A stretch of 44,981 bases of DNA from Octopus bimaculoides. Taxonomy: Eukaryota. The DNA lies in the NCBI RefSeq assembly GCF_001194135.2, contig NC_068984.1, positions 135,244,654-135,289,634 of the forward strand, in the 5' to 3' direction. Shown piece after piece: positions 25,261 to 36,199 of the stretch. The position numbers and the translations under genes are program-made. The notes under the pieces are model-generated. The model ran no database searches, was not told where the DNA came from, and worked only from the letters and a program-made list of their open reading frames with translations. How positions within the stretch are numbered: position 1 is the first letter of the stretch; each line of letters opens with the position of its first letter.

Positions 25261-25939
25261 AACATTGCATGCTTCGTTGTCTCTGCTGTTTTAGATTCTC
25301 CTATTCAACGGTCATTAATATAAACAGAAAATTGAGAGGATATTTCCCTCTTTCTACTTGTTTTTAAATGTAAGTTCCACTTAAAAAAATAAAATGTGAG
25401 CGAATATATCTTCAGACAAATCAAAGAATTCTTAACTCATTAAGCATTCTTTCACCTAAATACCGGCATTGTATATAGAGTGGAGCGATAGATTTTCATA
25501 TCTCATTAAGTCTATACACAGAGAAATATATGTATACAAATCTGACATAGAAATGGTAATGATTCTGACATTCGATTTTTCAAAGTTTTATTTACTCCGA
25601 AGATTTTAACAAAAACAAATTAGAACCTGTTTACTTATACAATAATACTGACTTCGAATCAAGGTGTTATATATTCTAATGTATCTAGATGACTACTATA
25701 CGCAAGTCAAAATATATTTGGGTGAACGTATGCGAGAACAATTAGACTTGCGTTCTTTGACACTGGAGTTCTGGAACTGTTTACAGATGAGTGTTTGTGT
25801 ACATACATACATACATACATACGCACATACATATACACACACACATACACACATTTACTTCTCAGCGAGAAATATATGCATCGATGATAATAGGATGTAT
25901 AAATTCGAAACAAATCCATTGGATTTTTTTGTTATCTAT

Positions 25940-26343
25940 AGGCGCAAGAGTGGCTGTGTGGTAAGTAGCTTCCTTACCAACCACATGGTTCCGGGTTCAG
26001 TCCCACTGAGTAGCACCTTGGGCAAGTGTTTTCTACTTTCGCCTCGGCCCGACCAAAGCCTTGTGAGCGAATTTGGTAGACGGAAACTGAAAGAAGCCCG
26101 TCGTATATATGTATATATGTATATGTGTGTGTTTGTGTGTCTGTGTTTGTCCCCACATCATCGCTTGACAACCAATGTGGTGTGTTTATGTCCCTGTAAC
26201 TTAGCGGTTCGGCAAAAAATCTCCGGTAGAATAAGTACTAGGCTTGCAAAGAATAAGTCCAGGGGTCGATTTGCTCGACTAAAGGCGGTGCTCCAGCATG
26301 GCCGCAGTCAAATGACTGAAACAAGTAAAAGAGTAAAAGAGTA
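25940..26343 (+). mobile_element. SINE family A, best-preserved full-length copy
   Basis: GGCGCAAGAGTGGCTGTGTGGTAAG (A box)..GGGTTCAGTCCC (B box-like)..CCTTGGGCAAGTGT..internal (TA)/(TG) microsatellite at 26105-26145..CCAGCATGGCCGCAGTCAAATGACTGAAACA, with tail (AGTAAAAG)x2. Confidence 0.93.
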
Positions 26344-27212
26344 CTTAAAGATCAAAATGCTTCTGTACAACATCTCTATTGGTTTGTTTCCTGTTTACTA
26401 CCTTAAGCACGTTAGACACCACTTGCCTACATATATAATTATTATAGAAAATGCAATGACTAGGAAACAAACCCATGCTCTATGTCATTCAGGAACGTAC
26501 CGCTTGTTATACAGAAAGTGTCACCAACCTATTTGTAATGCTTTGTTTTCTCTAGAAACAGTAGTTGTTTTAATAGTTATAGACTGTGTTTCGTGAAACA
26601 CATTAGTGAGAAATACGTTAGAATGTTTCTTTCTCTGCTTTTTTCAGCTATAATCTTATTATATTGCTCTAGGGAAAAGTTTAATTATGAACTTGACAAT
26701 ATAATTGCATTCTACTATAGTCTTTCAAAATATTTAATCTAATTCATATATTTGGATTGACAAAACCGAGTAAACAGCCCTAGGATATTGAAAATAATCG
26801 AACGATTCCCGGCAAATTTTGGCGATAATTCATCTAAATAAGACATAAATGTAAATACGGAAAATGTCAACATCAGTCACTATCATCATCACCTTAGTCA
26901 TTCCTTATATTCTCCACTTCAATATCTAAATTATTATTATTATTTTTAATATTACTTTGTTGTAACTGTTGCTATTGCTACTGTTGTTGTTTTAGTTTTT
27001 GTTGTGGTTCTTTTGTTTGATTTTCTTGATGTTTCTAATAACCTGGTCACTTTTCAGCTTCTAGTAGGTTATAGATGTTTAATAGCCTCAGGTATTAAGT
27101 ACCCTCCACCGTTTTTTTCATTCCAGTACTTTTAGTCGATGTAATCATCGCCTGACCTGCGTAATATATGTGCTGTATATGAAAACTCATTACAGTACCT
27201 TTCAACCTACTT

Positions 27213-27326
27213 ACATCCTACCCAAAACACTTTCAATACAGTAACCATAACACAGCACATACCCAAGGCACACAGAGCTGCGCTCGGTTGTGAAGTGAAA
27301 GCACGCTATAAAAATAAAACTACTGA
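27213..27326 (+). mobile_element. Extreme 3' end of the R4/Dong-like LINE (short truncated copy)
   Basis: ACATCCTACCCAAAACACTTTCAATACAGTAA..CACAGCACATACCCAAGGCACACAGAGCTGCGCTCGG..AAAAATAAAACTACTGAA matches 6045-6175 and 27925-28057, with a ~16-bp internal deletion. Confidence 0.92.
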
Positions 27327-27420
27327 ATAATAATAATAATGATAATAATAATAATGATAATAATAATAATGATAATAATAATAATGATAATAATAATAAT
27401 GATAATAATAATAATAATAA
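27327..27420. repeat. (TAA)n tail with 15-bp higher-order periodicity
   Basis: TGA variants at 27340, 27355, 27370, 27385 and 27400, i.e. unit TAATAATAATAATGA. Confidence 0.97.
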
Positions 27421-27499
27421 TGCTGGGGGCCGATGTGGTCGACTATAACCCTCCCGACAGATTTCAGACCTTGCAACTATAGTTTATTGTAGAAAGGAA

Positions 27500-27560
<61 letters not shown>

Positions 27561-27802
27561 GTTCAGTAGTTTTATTTTTATAACGTGCTTTCACTTCACT
27601 ACCGAGCGCAGCTCTGTGCGCCTTGGGTATGTGCTGTGGTTTGCTGTGGTGCTGTTATGTTTACTGTATTGAAAGTGTTTTTCGTAGAATGTGTGCAGTA
27701 CCCAGTAGTGCAATTTTCTGTATGTTATATATATTTGTAAGTCCTGGTGTTTTTGTTATGTATTTGTCTGAATATTTTTTTTATTATACCTAAGGCACCT
27801 AC
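27561..27802 (-). mobile_element. R4/Dong-like LINE 3' end (left arm of the palindrome)
   Basis: Reverse complement encodes VGALGIIK/..KYITKTPGLTNIYNIQKIALLGTAHILRKTLSIQ* plus the 3' UTR. Confidence 0.93.
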
Positions 27803-28078
27803 CAATTCCTATCGTTGTAGGTGCCTTAGGTATAATAAAAAAATATTCAGACAAATACATAACAAAAACACCAGGACTTACAAATATATATAACATACAG
27901 AAAATTGCACTACTGGGTACTGCACACATTCTACGCAAACCACTTTCAATACAGTAAACATAAGAGCACCACAGCAAACCACAGCACATACCCAAGGCGC
28001 ACAGAGCTGCGCTCGGTAGAGAAGTGAAAGCACGTTATAAAAATAAAACTACTGAACCATAATAATAATAATAATAAT
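27803..28078 (+). mobile_element. R4/Dong-like LINE 3' end with (TAA)n tail (right arm of the palindrome)
   Basis: Open frame IPIVVGALGIIKKYSDKYITKTPGLTNIYNIQKIALLGTAHILRKPLSIQ* (stop at 27955-27957), 3' UTR to 28057, then a TAA tail. Confidence 0.95.
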
Positions 28079-28290
28079 ATTCCTTTCTACAATAAACTAT
28101 AGTTGCAAGGCCTGAAATCTGTCGGGAGGGTTATAATCGACCACATCGACCTCAGCATTTCACTGGTAGTTAATTTGTTCACCTCGAAAGGATGAAAGGC
28201 AGAGGCGATGTTGGCAGAATATTAACTCAAAACTTAAGGTCGGGCGAAATACAGCTAAGCATTTTTCACGGCATGCTAACGATCTTGCTA
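28077..28290 (-). mobile_element. SINE family B, whose (ATT)n tail is shared with the LINE (TAA)n tail
   Basis: Reverse complement: GATCGTTAGCATGCCGTGAAAAATGCTTAGC..GCCTTTCATCCTTTCGAGG..ACTACCAGTGAAATGCTGAGGTCGATG..ATTTCAGGCCTTGC..GAAAGGAATATTATT. Confidence 0.88.
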
Positions 28291-28291
28291 G

Positions 28292-28470
28292 ATAAGTGGT
28301 GTTCTGCAGAATTGTTAGCGTACCGTGTAAAATGTTTAGCGGCATTGTCTCACGCCCTTTCGGAGTTGATAACAGAATTGACCAGTTGAACTCTGGGGAT
28401 TCATGTAATCGACTTACTTTTCCACAAGATCTGGCCTTGTTCCATAATTGGAAACCATCATCATCATCAT
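28292..28470 (+). mobile_element. SINE family B, internally deleted, head-to-head with the 28077-28290 copy
   Basis: GCAGAATTGTTAGCGTACCGTGTAAAATGTTTAGCGGCATT..CTTTCGGAGTTGATAAC..ACCAGTTGAACTCTGGGG..GTAATCGACTTAC..GGCCTTGTTCCATAATTGGAAACCATCATCATC. Confidence 0.8.
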
Positions 28471-28962
28471 CATATCGAAATTTACTACTTCGTCTTAACT
28501 CCGAAGAAATTTTTTCGGTGATTTTACCAGCAGGATATTTTGAATATGCCGTAAATGTTGTATATATACTGAGGGAAAAGTTCGTCTTTCTTGTTTCATT
28601 TTGAATCCGAAAAAAATTTGTAATGCGATTTTCACAAGCAATTTCTAAGTATGACATTTACTGATATGTTAAATAGAGAAGACTCGGCAATGCAAGTAAC
28701 CTCCTCGATAAACAAGATTGAAATATGATTGAAAAATGTCTTTTAAAATAAAGATATTTACGATAGCAACGCAATTAGTGAGACTAGATAAAAAAAATGC
28801 AAACAAGAGTAGTAATTGCGACATCAGCAACGGAATCAACAAGAAACCTGCAACGAGGCAGACCTTATGAGTTTTCTACAATATAATAAATGATTGATAT
28901 ATATATATATATATATATTGCAGAAGATATATGCGCTTCAATGGCAAATAATTTTGTTTCAG

Positions 28963-29002
28963 TGAGAGACGCAGAGATGTCACATACAGACGCCTTTGAA
29001 AG
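28963..29002 (+). CDS. Candidate 40-bp micro-exon (unverified)
   Basis: Acceptor AATTTTGTTTCAG| and donor AAG|GTAAAG. Only one frame is open: (x)TG-RDAEMSHTDAFE-AG. No homology recognised. Confidence 0.25.
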
Positions 29003-31861
29003 GTAAAGTTACATCACAACACATTTACCGAAGCTTCAGTCCTGGTTAAAGAGTGATTAAACTTTAGCATTTAAAACCTGGGATATAATCTGACTTTCAG
29101 TGTTTTGTGACAGTCGACTAATATAGTTCGTCGTAGGGTACATTACCAGGCTAGAGAATTTCAGTGGTGGTCACGAGTGAAAAACGTTTGAGGGTAAACA
29201 GATGACATCGACTACGACCAAGCAAGCTGTGTATTCAGGAGGACTTTTACCTAACAGAAAATAAGAGCCTTAAAGACGGCTGGATAACCAAAGCTGTTGT
29301 AAGTCATTACTGGTTTGAGATTACTATTCCAGTCGAAGAATTAACGTAAATCGAATCTTTCCAAGATGCAATGACAGCGTTGATCGTTTACGATTCTTCA
29401 GTGTTCTGTGTTCCGGAAAGTCGGTTAATAATCGCTTATTGGTTCAAAACGGGGAGCTGAGATGTAAGCGACCAAAAATATTCATGTAGCATGTACAATT
29501 GCGGAAACCTAATTTGGTGTTTTTTAAATGCTCGAAAACGGTCGAATTTACAATATCCCTCCATTTCTTTGGGTTAGAAATTCAGACACAAATACTGACC
29601 AAAGATTCAACAGACGCCGGTGTGGCTGGCGTTGTGGGATACGGGCTCTGTTTTGAAATGGTAGAAGAAACCTAAGATTACATGAATGGAAAAATGTAAT
29701 TCTACACGCAAAAAATAAATGGAATCATAGACTTGGTATTTCAGTAAGATTTTTCTTGCGTACTAATACGTTGTTATTTGTGTTATGTTGTTTAGATTTG
29801 TGTATTAGATGATTATTCTAAATTTTAATTTACATCAATCAACGTTCCGTAAAAAGTGGATTTCTAATTTGAAAATCATATTTCAGTGACAACATTGCGA
29901 GAGAACGTTAGCGTAACCAAGATTAAACTACCGATACTATAACAAAAGTGTTAATGCATGGTGTATGTATAAAAAATGAAGTAATATAGTAGGTATTCGG
30001 TACATTGTGTTACGATATTTACACTCTTTTCTGAGAAGATTATATCGGATTCACTGAAAAAATCGTGAAAATAAACCAGATTGGAAAAAATGTAACGAAC
30101 TAAACAGCCATCAATTTCGAAAATCTTCCGAGGAAACGGATTGATGTTTATTTTATTTCTTTTTATTTCTGAAAATTTCGATAAACGTTCAATTCTGGAG
30201 GTGGATGCGTAGATAGCGTAGCAGTCTGAGCACCAGTTAGATATTTCCTTACTTTTTATTCTTTGAAAGTTCCTTATCACGTTCTGGAATTTATCATGGA
30301 ATAGGTATACCATATTTCTATATCATGTTAGTTATGCGTGTGCTTTCGGTGTCGATACTGTTACATGTTTGTTTTACTGCTGAAATAAAATAACACTTCA
30401 ATGATTCTACTTCACAGTTTCTTTAAAGCGGTTTGGTCATGTTTCTCCTGTTCTGAAAATATATCTCTGAAGAAAGTTACATGTTTCAATAACTACAACT
30501 GCTGATTTATCAATACCAGTTTTACTATATTCTTATTGTTTTCTAATTTTCCTCATTTCATAGTCGTAATATAATACTTGTACTCTTTGAGCTTTGTAGT
30601 AATAAAACTGTAACATAATTTATCCGAAGGCATATTTTAAACATATTTTTAATGATCTTTCTTACTATTTCTCGAATTTTAGACTTTAACCTTCATCGTA
30701 GTAAATTTAAAGTCTTACAATTTACATGTATTCTGTTGATCGGTAGCTAGATTTAAAGTAAATGACAGTTGTAATAGAAGCCCCTCTATCCACGATCTCA
30801 TTTTATGTAATCAAATCTTCACTCATTCGAAACATCGTCTTTAGGTGAAAGCTTCCTAATTATCTGTATTCCAATTTCAACACATTTACTTCCAAATAAA
30901 TGCGTCACTTTCTCTGTAAATATTATCAGCTTCAATATATTATGATTAAATAAACAAAATAGAAAATTTGTGACTTATTTTATGCACATAATAAATACGG
31001 TAGCTTAATGATAATACGGATCATGTAATAAAATATTTAAATAGCATTGTTTCTGATCGCAAATGTGTTGTGCATTGAAAAAATTCCTCCTGTCAAGAAC
31101 ATTTGTTTTTAAGTGTTTGGAATGATGTTTTTTGCATTATTAATTTTATCTTCTCAGATTCGTTGCGGGTATGAAAAGAATTGAGATAAGATAAATGTAA
31201 CAATATATCTGTGCAAGTAAGTTATTTCGTTAGATACGCAAGTCACGTTTGCATAAACATGCATATATACACATAGGCATATTCATACCTGCGTGGCATA
31301 ACGGTATTCTTACATCAACAACTAGGTTTCGAATACATATACGATATGTCTTCATATAAGCAATAGTCCTTCCACTTATATACTGTTTGTTTTCATAGAA
31401 AAGATCAATGTATGAATATATTTTAAGTTGGAAATTTGAAGATTGCAAAGAAGGATATCTGTTGTCGTTTATTTTCTATTTAGCATTTTTCAAGTTTTCC
31501 TGTGTAAAGCAAATCCTTGTGAAACATACTCTCAGACTCGAGAGATGGATCTCATTACTGAGACAGAACTGGTAGCATGTTCAAGGACCCTAGAGATTTT
31601 TGTTAAGAACGCTGGTTGTGATGGTCAAGCCGTTCATGCATGAATTCCAGTACAATGATGAACGAGCTGTGAATCGTTGATGAATTTATTGCTTCGATCG
31701 GGAAATGAACAGATTTCGAATATATGAAGAGCGATTAACCGGAGAAAAGTTCAGCTCTATTCTTATCGCCGAAGATACCTTCTCTTCCACATGATATAAT
31801 CGCTATGATATTCACTATAGCGCAGATGTTGCGCTTGCATTAATATATTCATAGATGCTTC

Positions 31862-31905
<44 letters not shown>

Positions 31906-32275
31906 GAGAAAGAGAGAGAGAGAGAGAGAACGTTTAACCTAAGGTGATATATATACATATGTATATCGATAGATGGCTAGAGCGATACACACGCGCGCGC
32001 ACTCACACACACACGTTCTAATTACATGCATGGAAAGGCACAAAATAATTGAAAGAAATTTGCATTAATAATCAAGAAACGCATAAGCGGATCAATAATC
32101 TCGGTGAATTCCAAGAATGTAATATCTGTTAACCNNNNNNNNNNNNNNNNNNNNNNNNNNNNNNNNNNNNNNNNNNNNNNNNNNNNNNNNNNNNNNNNNN
32201 NNNNNNNNNNNNNNNNNNNNNNNNNNNNNNNNNNNNNNNNNNNNNNNNNNNNNNNNNNNNNNNNNNNNNNNNNNN

Positions 32276-32317
<42 letters not shown>

Positions 32318-33859
32318 AGTGACACGAAACAGTTTGGGATCTTTATAATTGTTCTCTCTATCAGTTAGACCCGAAGAGGAAAGCCACATCATGTTGGATT
32401 AAATTTTGTAACGAACAAGACTATAATATTGCTCTACTCTGTAGTGCTTGAAATCCTAGCTGCGTTCAGAGCGCCGCAATCTCTTTTCTCACAATCTCTT
32501 GCAGTTCTCTATACAACTAATCCTGTTCTCGAAGTGACTGGATCACTTGATAAGGTTACCTCTACAGATATTCTCTAGAAATTATAATCAACACTGATTT
32601 AGCTACGTATCGGTTCCAGGAATGTGCTAAAGATGTAAAATTGGTATATCCAATAACGTTACATCGCTATATTAGGTGGCTATTTAAGTAGGTGGTTCGT
32701 GGATGAGCAATAGGTTCGATGGGTGTTAGTGAAGGCGCAAAGGCTCCTCAAATATGTCATATGAATCCATTACCTATTTTGCATCTTCGATCACATTTTT
32801 ATTTATTTCTGACGTAACGGATATGAAGGGTTGTAATAAAATCACCGGTGGCTATAATCAACATAGAATATCTGTAAAGATAATCTAAACAAGTGATGTC
32901 ATAGAAATTCTAACACATTGGAACACATTATTGAACATATAAAAAAAATATTTAATATAGTTTGTAGTATATTATGGTTGCATAAAGAAATACGGTGTCC
33001 TTTCTGGTCATTAATAAAAGTCACTGGAATTTGAAACGGAATTGATACGATATGAAAGTTCTCAATTATCGCAGCCGGAGCGAAGTTTACGGATTTAGTT
33101 CCGTAGCAAAACTGTAAATTCAAAATCCAGCTTACTCAATGTTTTCAAAAAGCTAACTACCGTTCAGGAGCGTATTTATAAATTTCTTCGTTGATATATA
33201 TACGTTGCAGAAAAAAAGCCAAAACGAAGACGAGAGAAAGGTTTTGTAGTGTGAAATATATTGTATTTATTGAAGGCCTGAATAAGACATAAATGAAATT
33301 ACAATTAGACTACATAGTAATCTGGAGACGTGATTGTTTTTTTTAATTCGTCGCTTCTTTCAACATTTAGTAATGTTATAATGAGAACAGTATTGTTGCA
33401 CTAACTCAACTCAAAGAACACAAACAATTTCTCTAATAAAAATGTGGGGTTAATTGGATAATAAATATCTTTGTATGTGTGTGAGTGTGAGTTGTGTGTG
33501 TGTGAGTTGTATATGCGTGTGAGTTAAGTGAGTGTGTGTGTGTGTGTGCGTGAGTGTACCTTATCTTTCAGTGAGAGTCGAACTCGCACAGAATTAATAT
33601 TATAAACGGCAATTAAATTCTTACTGATGACATTTCAGTTGAGAAGCTTTTTTTATTATTTTAAAGTGTATATAACAAGCAAAAAAAAAAAGCCAAACTT
33701 TAAGTACAAGCAATGATTTGATTACACTAATCATTTTTAAATAATAAACAATGAAATGACTCGTTTTTTTTTCACATTCAAATCTAGATGTTTGTTGGTC
33801 ATTTGGAGATCATTATTCGATGGGGATTTTCTGTTCGTATTTCAGTAATCTGGATGTAT

Positions 33860-34162
33860 CTTTTCCCTGTATCTTGTTCCGCTCATTAGACTGCATCCAT
33901 TCTGAGGTAGAGCGTCGAAGCGTTTCTTTCAGTAGAACAAATCAACACGAATATTTACTATATCGATATCTTTTGCCGAACCTTTGTGTGTGTCCATATA
34001 TATGATGGGCTTTTACAGTTTTCGTCTACCATATTCGATCACAAAGCATTGCTCAGGCCAGCGAAACAGTAAAAGACAGCTGTCCAAGGTGCTGCGCAGA
34101 TAAACTGAAGCCGAAATCATGTGATTGCATAGCAAAAGTCATAATTATACAGCCATACCTGC
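33860..34162 (-). mobile_element. Old SINE family A copy
   Basis: TCTTGTTCCGCTCATTAGACTGC..TATCGATATCTTTTGCCGAACC..GGGCTTTTACAGTTTTCGTCTACCA..CCAAGGTGC..CAGCCATACCTGC is the reverse complement of the family A consensus, with an internal deletion. Confidence 0.8.
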
Positions 34163-36069
34163 AAAATGAAAACAAAATATGGGGTCGTGAAAGCTGATGA
34201 TTTATTGTCGGTTGTGGCCTGCAATTCACTTCTAGGTGACTTGCTAGTACATAACTTGAGGAGTTATTTGTTGGACTATATGTAAATTCATGAGGCAATT
34301 TTTTACTTGAGTTTCTCCATTTTCTATTCATCATAGCTAATGTGGCAAATCTAATTAATTTTTTTTACTCTCATTATCCGAAAACATTTCACATCAATTT
34401 ATAATTATCGGACTTCATCTACTTCTCCCATATTTCTGGTCATAAGGGGACGTTATGTGTATAACAATATTTCCTCCACCCCTTCGTAATTCCTTCTCAA
34501 CGGTTTTCCTTGACATCTTGATCAAAAGAATTGGGTAAAGTGCCTTTACCCAAGCTGTTGTTATGTAACCAGTTTAGCATATCCTTTATACCATTTGTTA
34601 AACGATTCATGTCGAAGTGCCTGCATATTGCACAAATCAGACCTAACAGAAAGTATTTATTCCTTGTTCTTAATATGTTTGCTGCACAGTCTACGATTGT
34701 TGTCAGCATATATCTTCATTATTATATTTTTTGTGTAATATTCTCTAGTTATATATTTTTTGTTCTGCTAAAATGAGACACTCTGTCCGGTCCTGCGGGA
34801 TATTATTAATTATCAATGTTTTCCTATATTTTTCTTTATTATATTTAGAATTCCGTTTTGTTTTTGTCCTTGTTTTTAATTTCCTGTTGCTTCGTCCTTT
34901 TCTAAATGTGTTTCTCCTGTGTAGTTGCTTTCCAGTTTGTACTTTATTGTTTCCATATATTATAGATAATTTTTTTTGTGCCTTCATGATTGATTATTAC
35001 ACTAATCAGTTTCCGTTCGTTTGAGTCTAATTATTTTTCTCGTCTGACTCTTGCTGTAGCTTTCTATTTATACCAACCCCACCTTCCTCCATCTCTGGAA
35101 TATATATATATATATATATANNNNNNNNNNNNNNNNNNNNNNNNNNNNNNNNNNNNNNNNNNNNNNNNNNNNNNNNNNNNNNNNNNNNNNNNNNNNNNNN
35201 NNNNNNNNNNNNNNNNNNNNNNNNNNNNNNNNNNNNNNNNNNNNNNNNNNNNNNNNNNNNNNNNNNNNNNNNNNNNNNNNNNNNNNNNNNNNNNNNNNNN
35301 NNNNNNNNNNNNNNNNNNNNNNNNNNNNNNNNNNNNNNNNNNNNNNNNNNNNNNNNNNNNNNNNNNNNNNNNNNNNNNNNNNNNNNNNNNNNNNNNNNNN
35401 NNNNNNNNNNNNNNNNNNNNNNNNNNNNNNNNNNNNNNNNNNNNNNNNNNNNNNNNNNNNNNNNNNNNNNNNNNNNNNNNNNNNNNNNNNNNNNNNNNNN
35501 NNNNNNNNNNNNNNNNNNNNNNNNNNNNNNNNNNNNNNNNNNNNNNNNNNNNNNNNNNNNNNNNNNNNNNNNNNNNNNNNNNNNNNNNNNNNNNNNNNNN
35601 NNNNNNNNNNNNNNNNNNNNNNNNNNNNNNNNNNNNNNNNNNNNNNNNNNNNNNNNNNNNNNNNNNNNNNNNNNNNNNNNNNNNNNNNNNNNNNNNNNNN
35701 NNNNNNNNNNNNNNNNNNNNNNNNNNNNNNNNNNNNNNNNNNNNNNNNNNNNNNNNNNNNNNNNNNNNNNNNNNNNNNNNNNNNNNNNNNNNNNNNNNNN
35801 NNNNNNNNNNNNNNNNNNNNNNNNNNNNNNNNNNNNNNNNNNNNNNNNNNNNNNNNNNNNNNNNNNNNNNNNNNNNNNNNNNNNNNNNNNNNNNNNNNNN
35901 NNNNNNNNNNNNNNNNNNNNNNNNNNNNNNNNNNNNNNNNNNNNNNNNNNNNNNNNNNNNNNNNNNNNNNNNNNNNNNNNNNNNNNNNNNNNNNNNNNNN
36001 NNNNNNNNNNNNNNNNNNNNNNNNNNNNNNNNNNNNNNNNNNNNNNNNNNNNNNNNNNNNNNNNNNNNN

Positions 36070-36100
<31 letters not shown>

Positions 36101-36107
36101 ATATGTA

Positions 36108-36138
<31 letters not shown>

Positions 36139-36199
36139 CCATATCCATATATATATACATATATACATACGCATACATACATATATATATATATATTCT

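Larger units (their letters stand above)
27419..28159. repeat. ~740-bp inverted duplication (fold-back palindrome) with a 14-bp spacer
   Basis: 27419-27802 is the reverse complement of 27817-28159 (spacer CAATTCCTATCGTT at 27803-27816). About 10 differences over ~340 non-microsatellite bp; (TTA)n about 20 versus about 7 units. Confidence 0.97.

Noticed and set aside
25664-26596. 310-aa ORF, the longest N-free ORF
   Set aside because: It reads through (CATA)n microsatellite and the entire family A SINE (25940-26343). The same peptide fragments (EFGRRKLKEA) recur in ORFs over other SINE copies.
27327-27560. CRISPR-like or other regularly spaced array
   Set aside because: The periodicity is pure microsatellite with no unique spacers, the context is eukaryotic, and there are no cas genes.
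28160-28657. 165-aa and 102-aa overlapping ORFs
   Set aside because: They lie over two family B SINEs and a (CAT)n tail; no domain is recognisable.
29951-30313. 120-aa minus-strand ORF with a CSDC motif
   Set aside because: It has a single CxxC, I/F/N/K/Y-rich composition typical of AT-rich non-coding DNA, and no recognisable family or splice context.
34531-34553. Perfect hairpin TTGGGTAAAG-TGC-CTTTACCCAA
   Set aside because: A 10-bp stem is within chance expectation for 45 kb, and there is no supporting context.
34497-34709. NRLTNGIKDMLNWLHNNSL resembling an L2/CR1 RT thumb
   Set aside because: It is one short motif with no flanking RT motifs in order.
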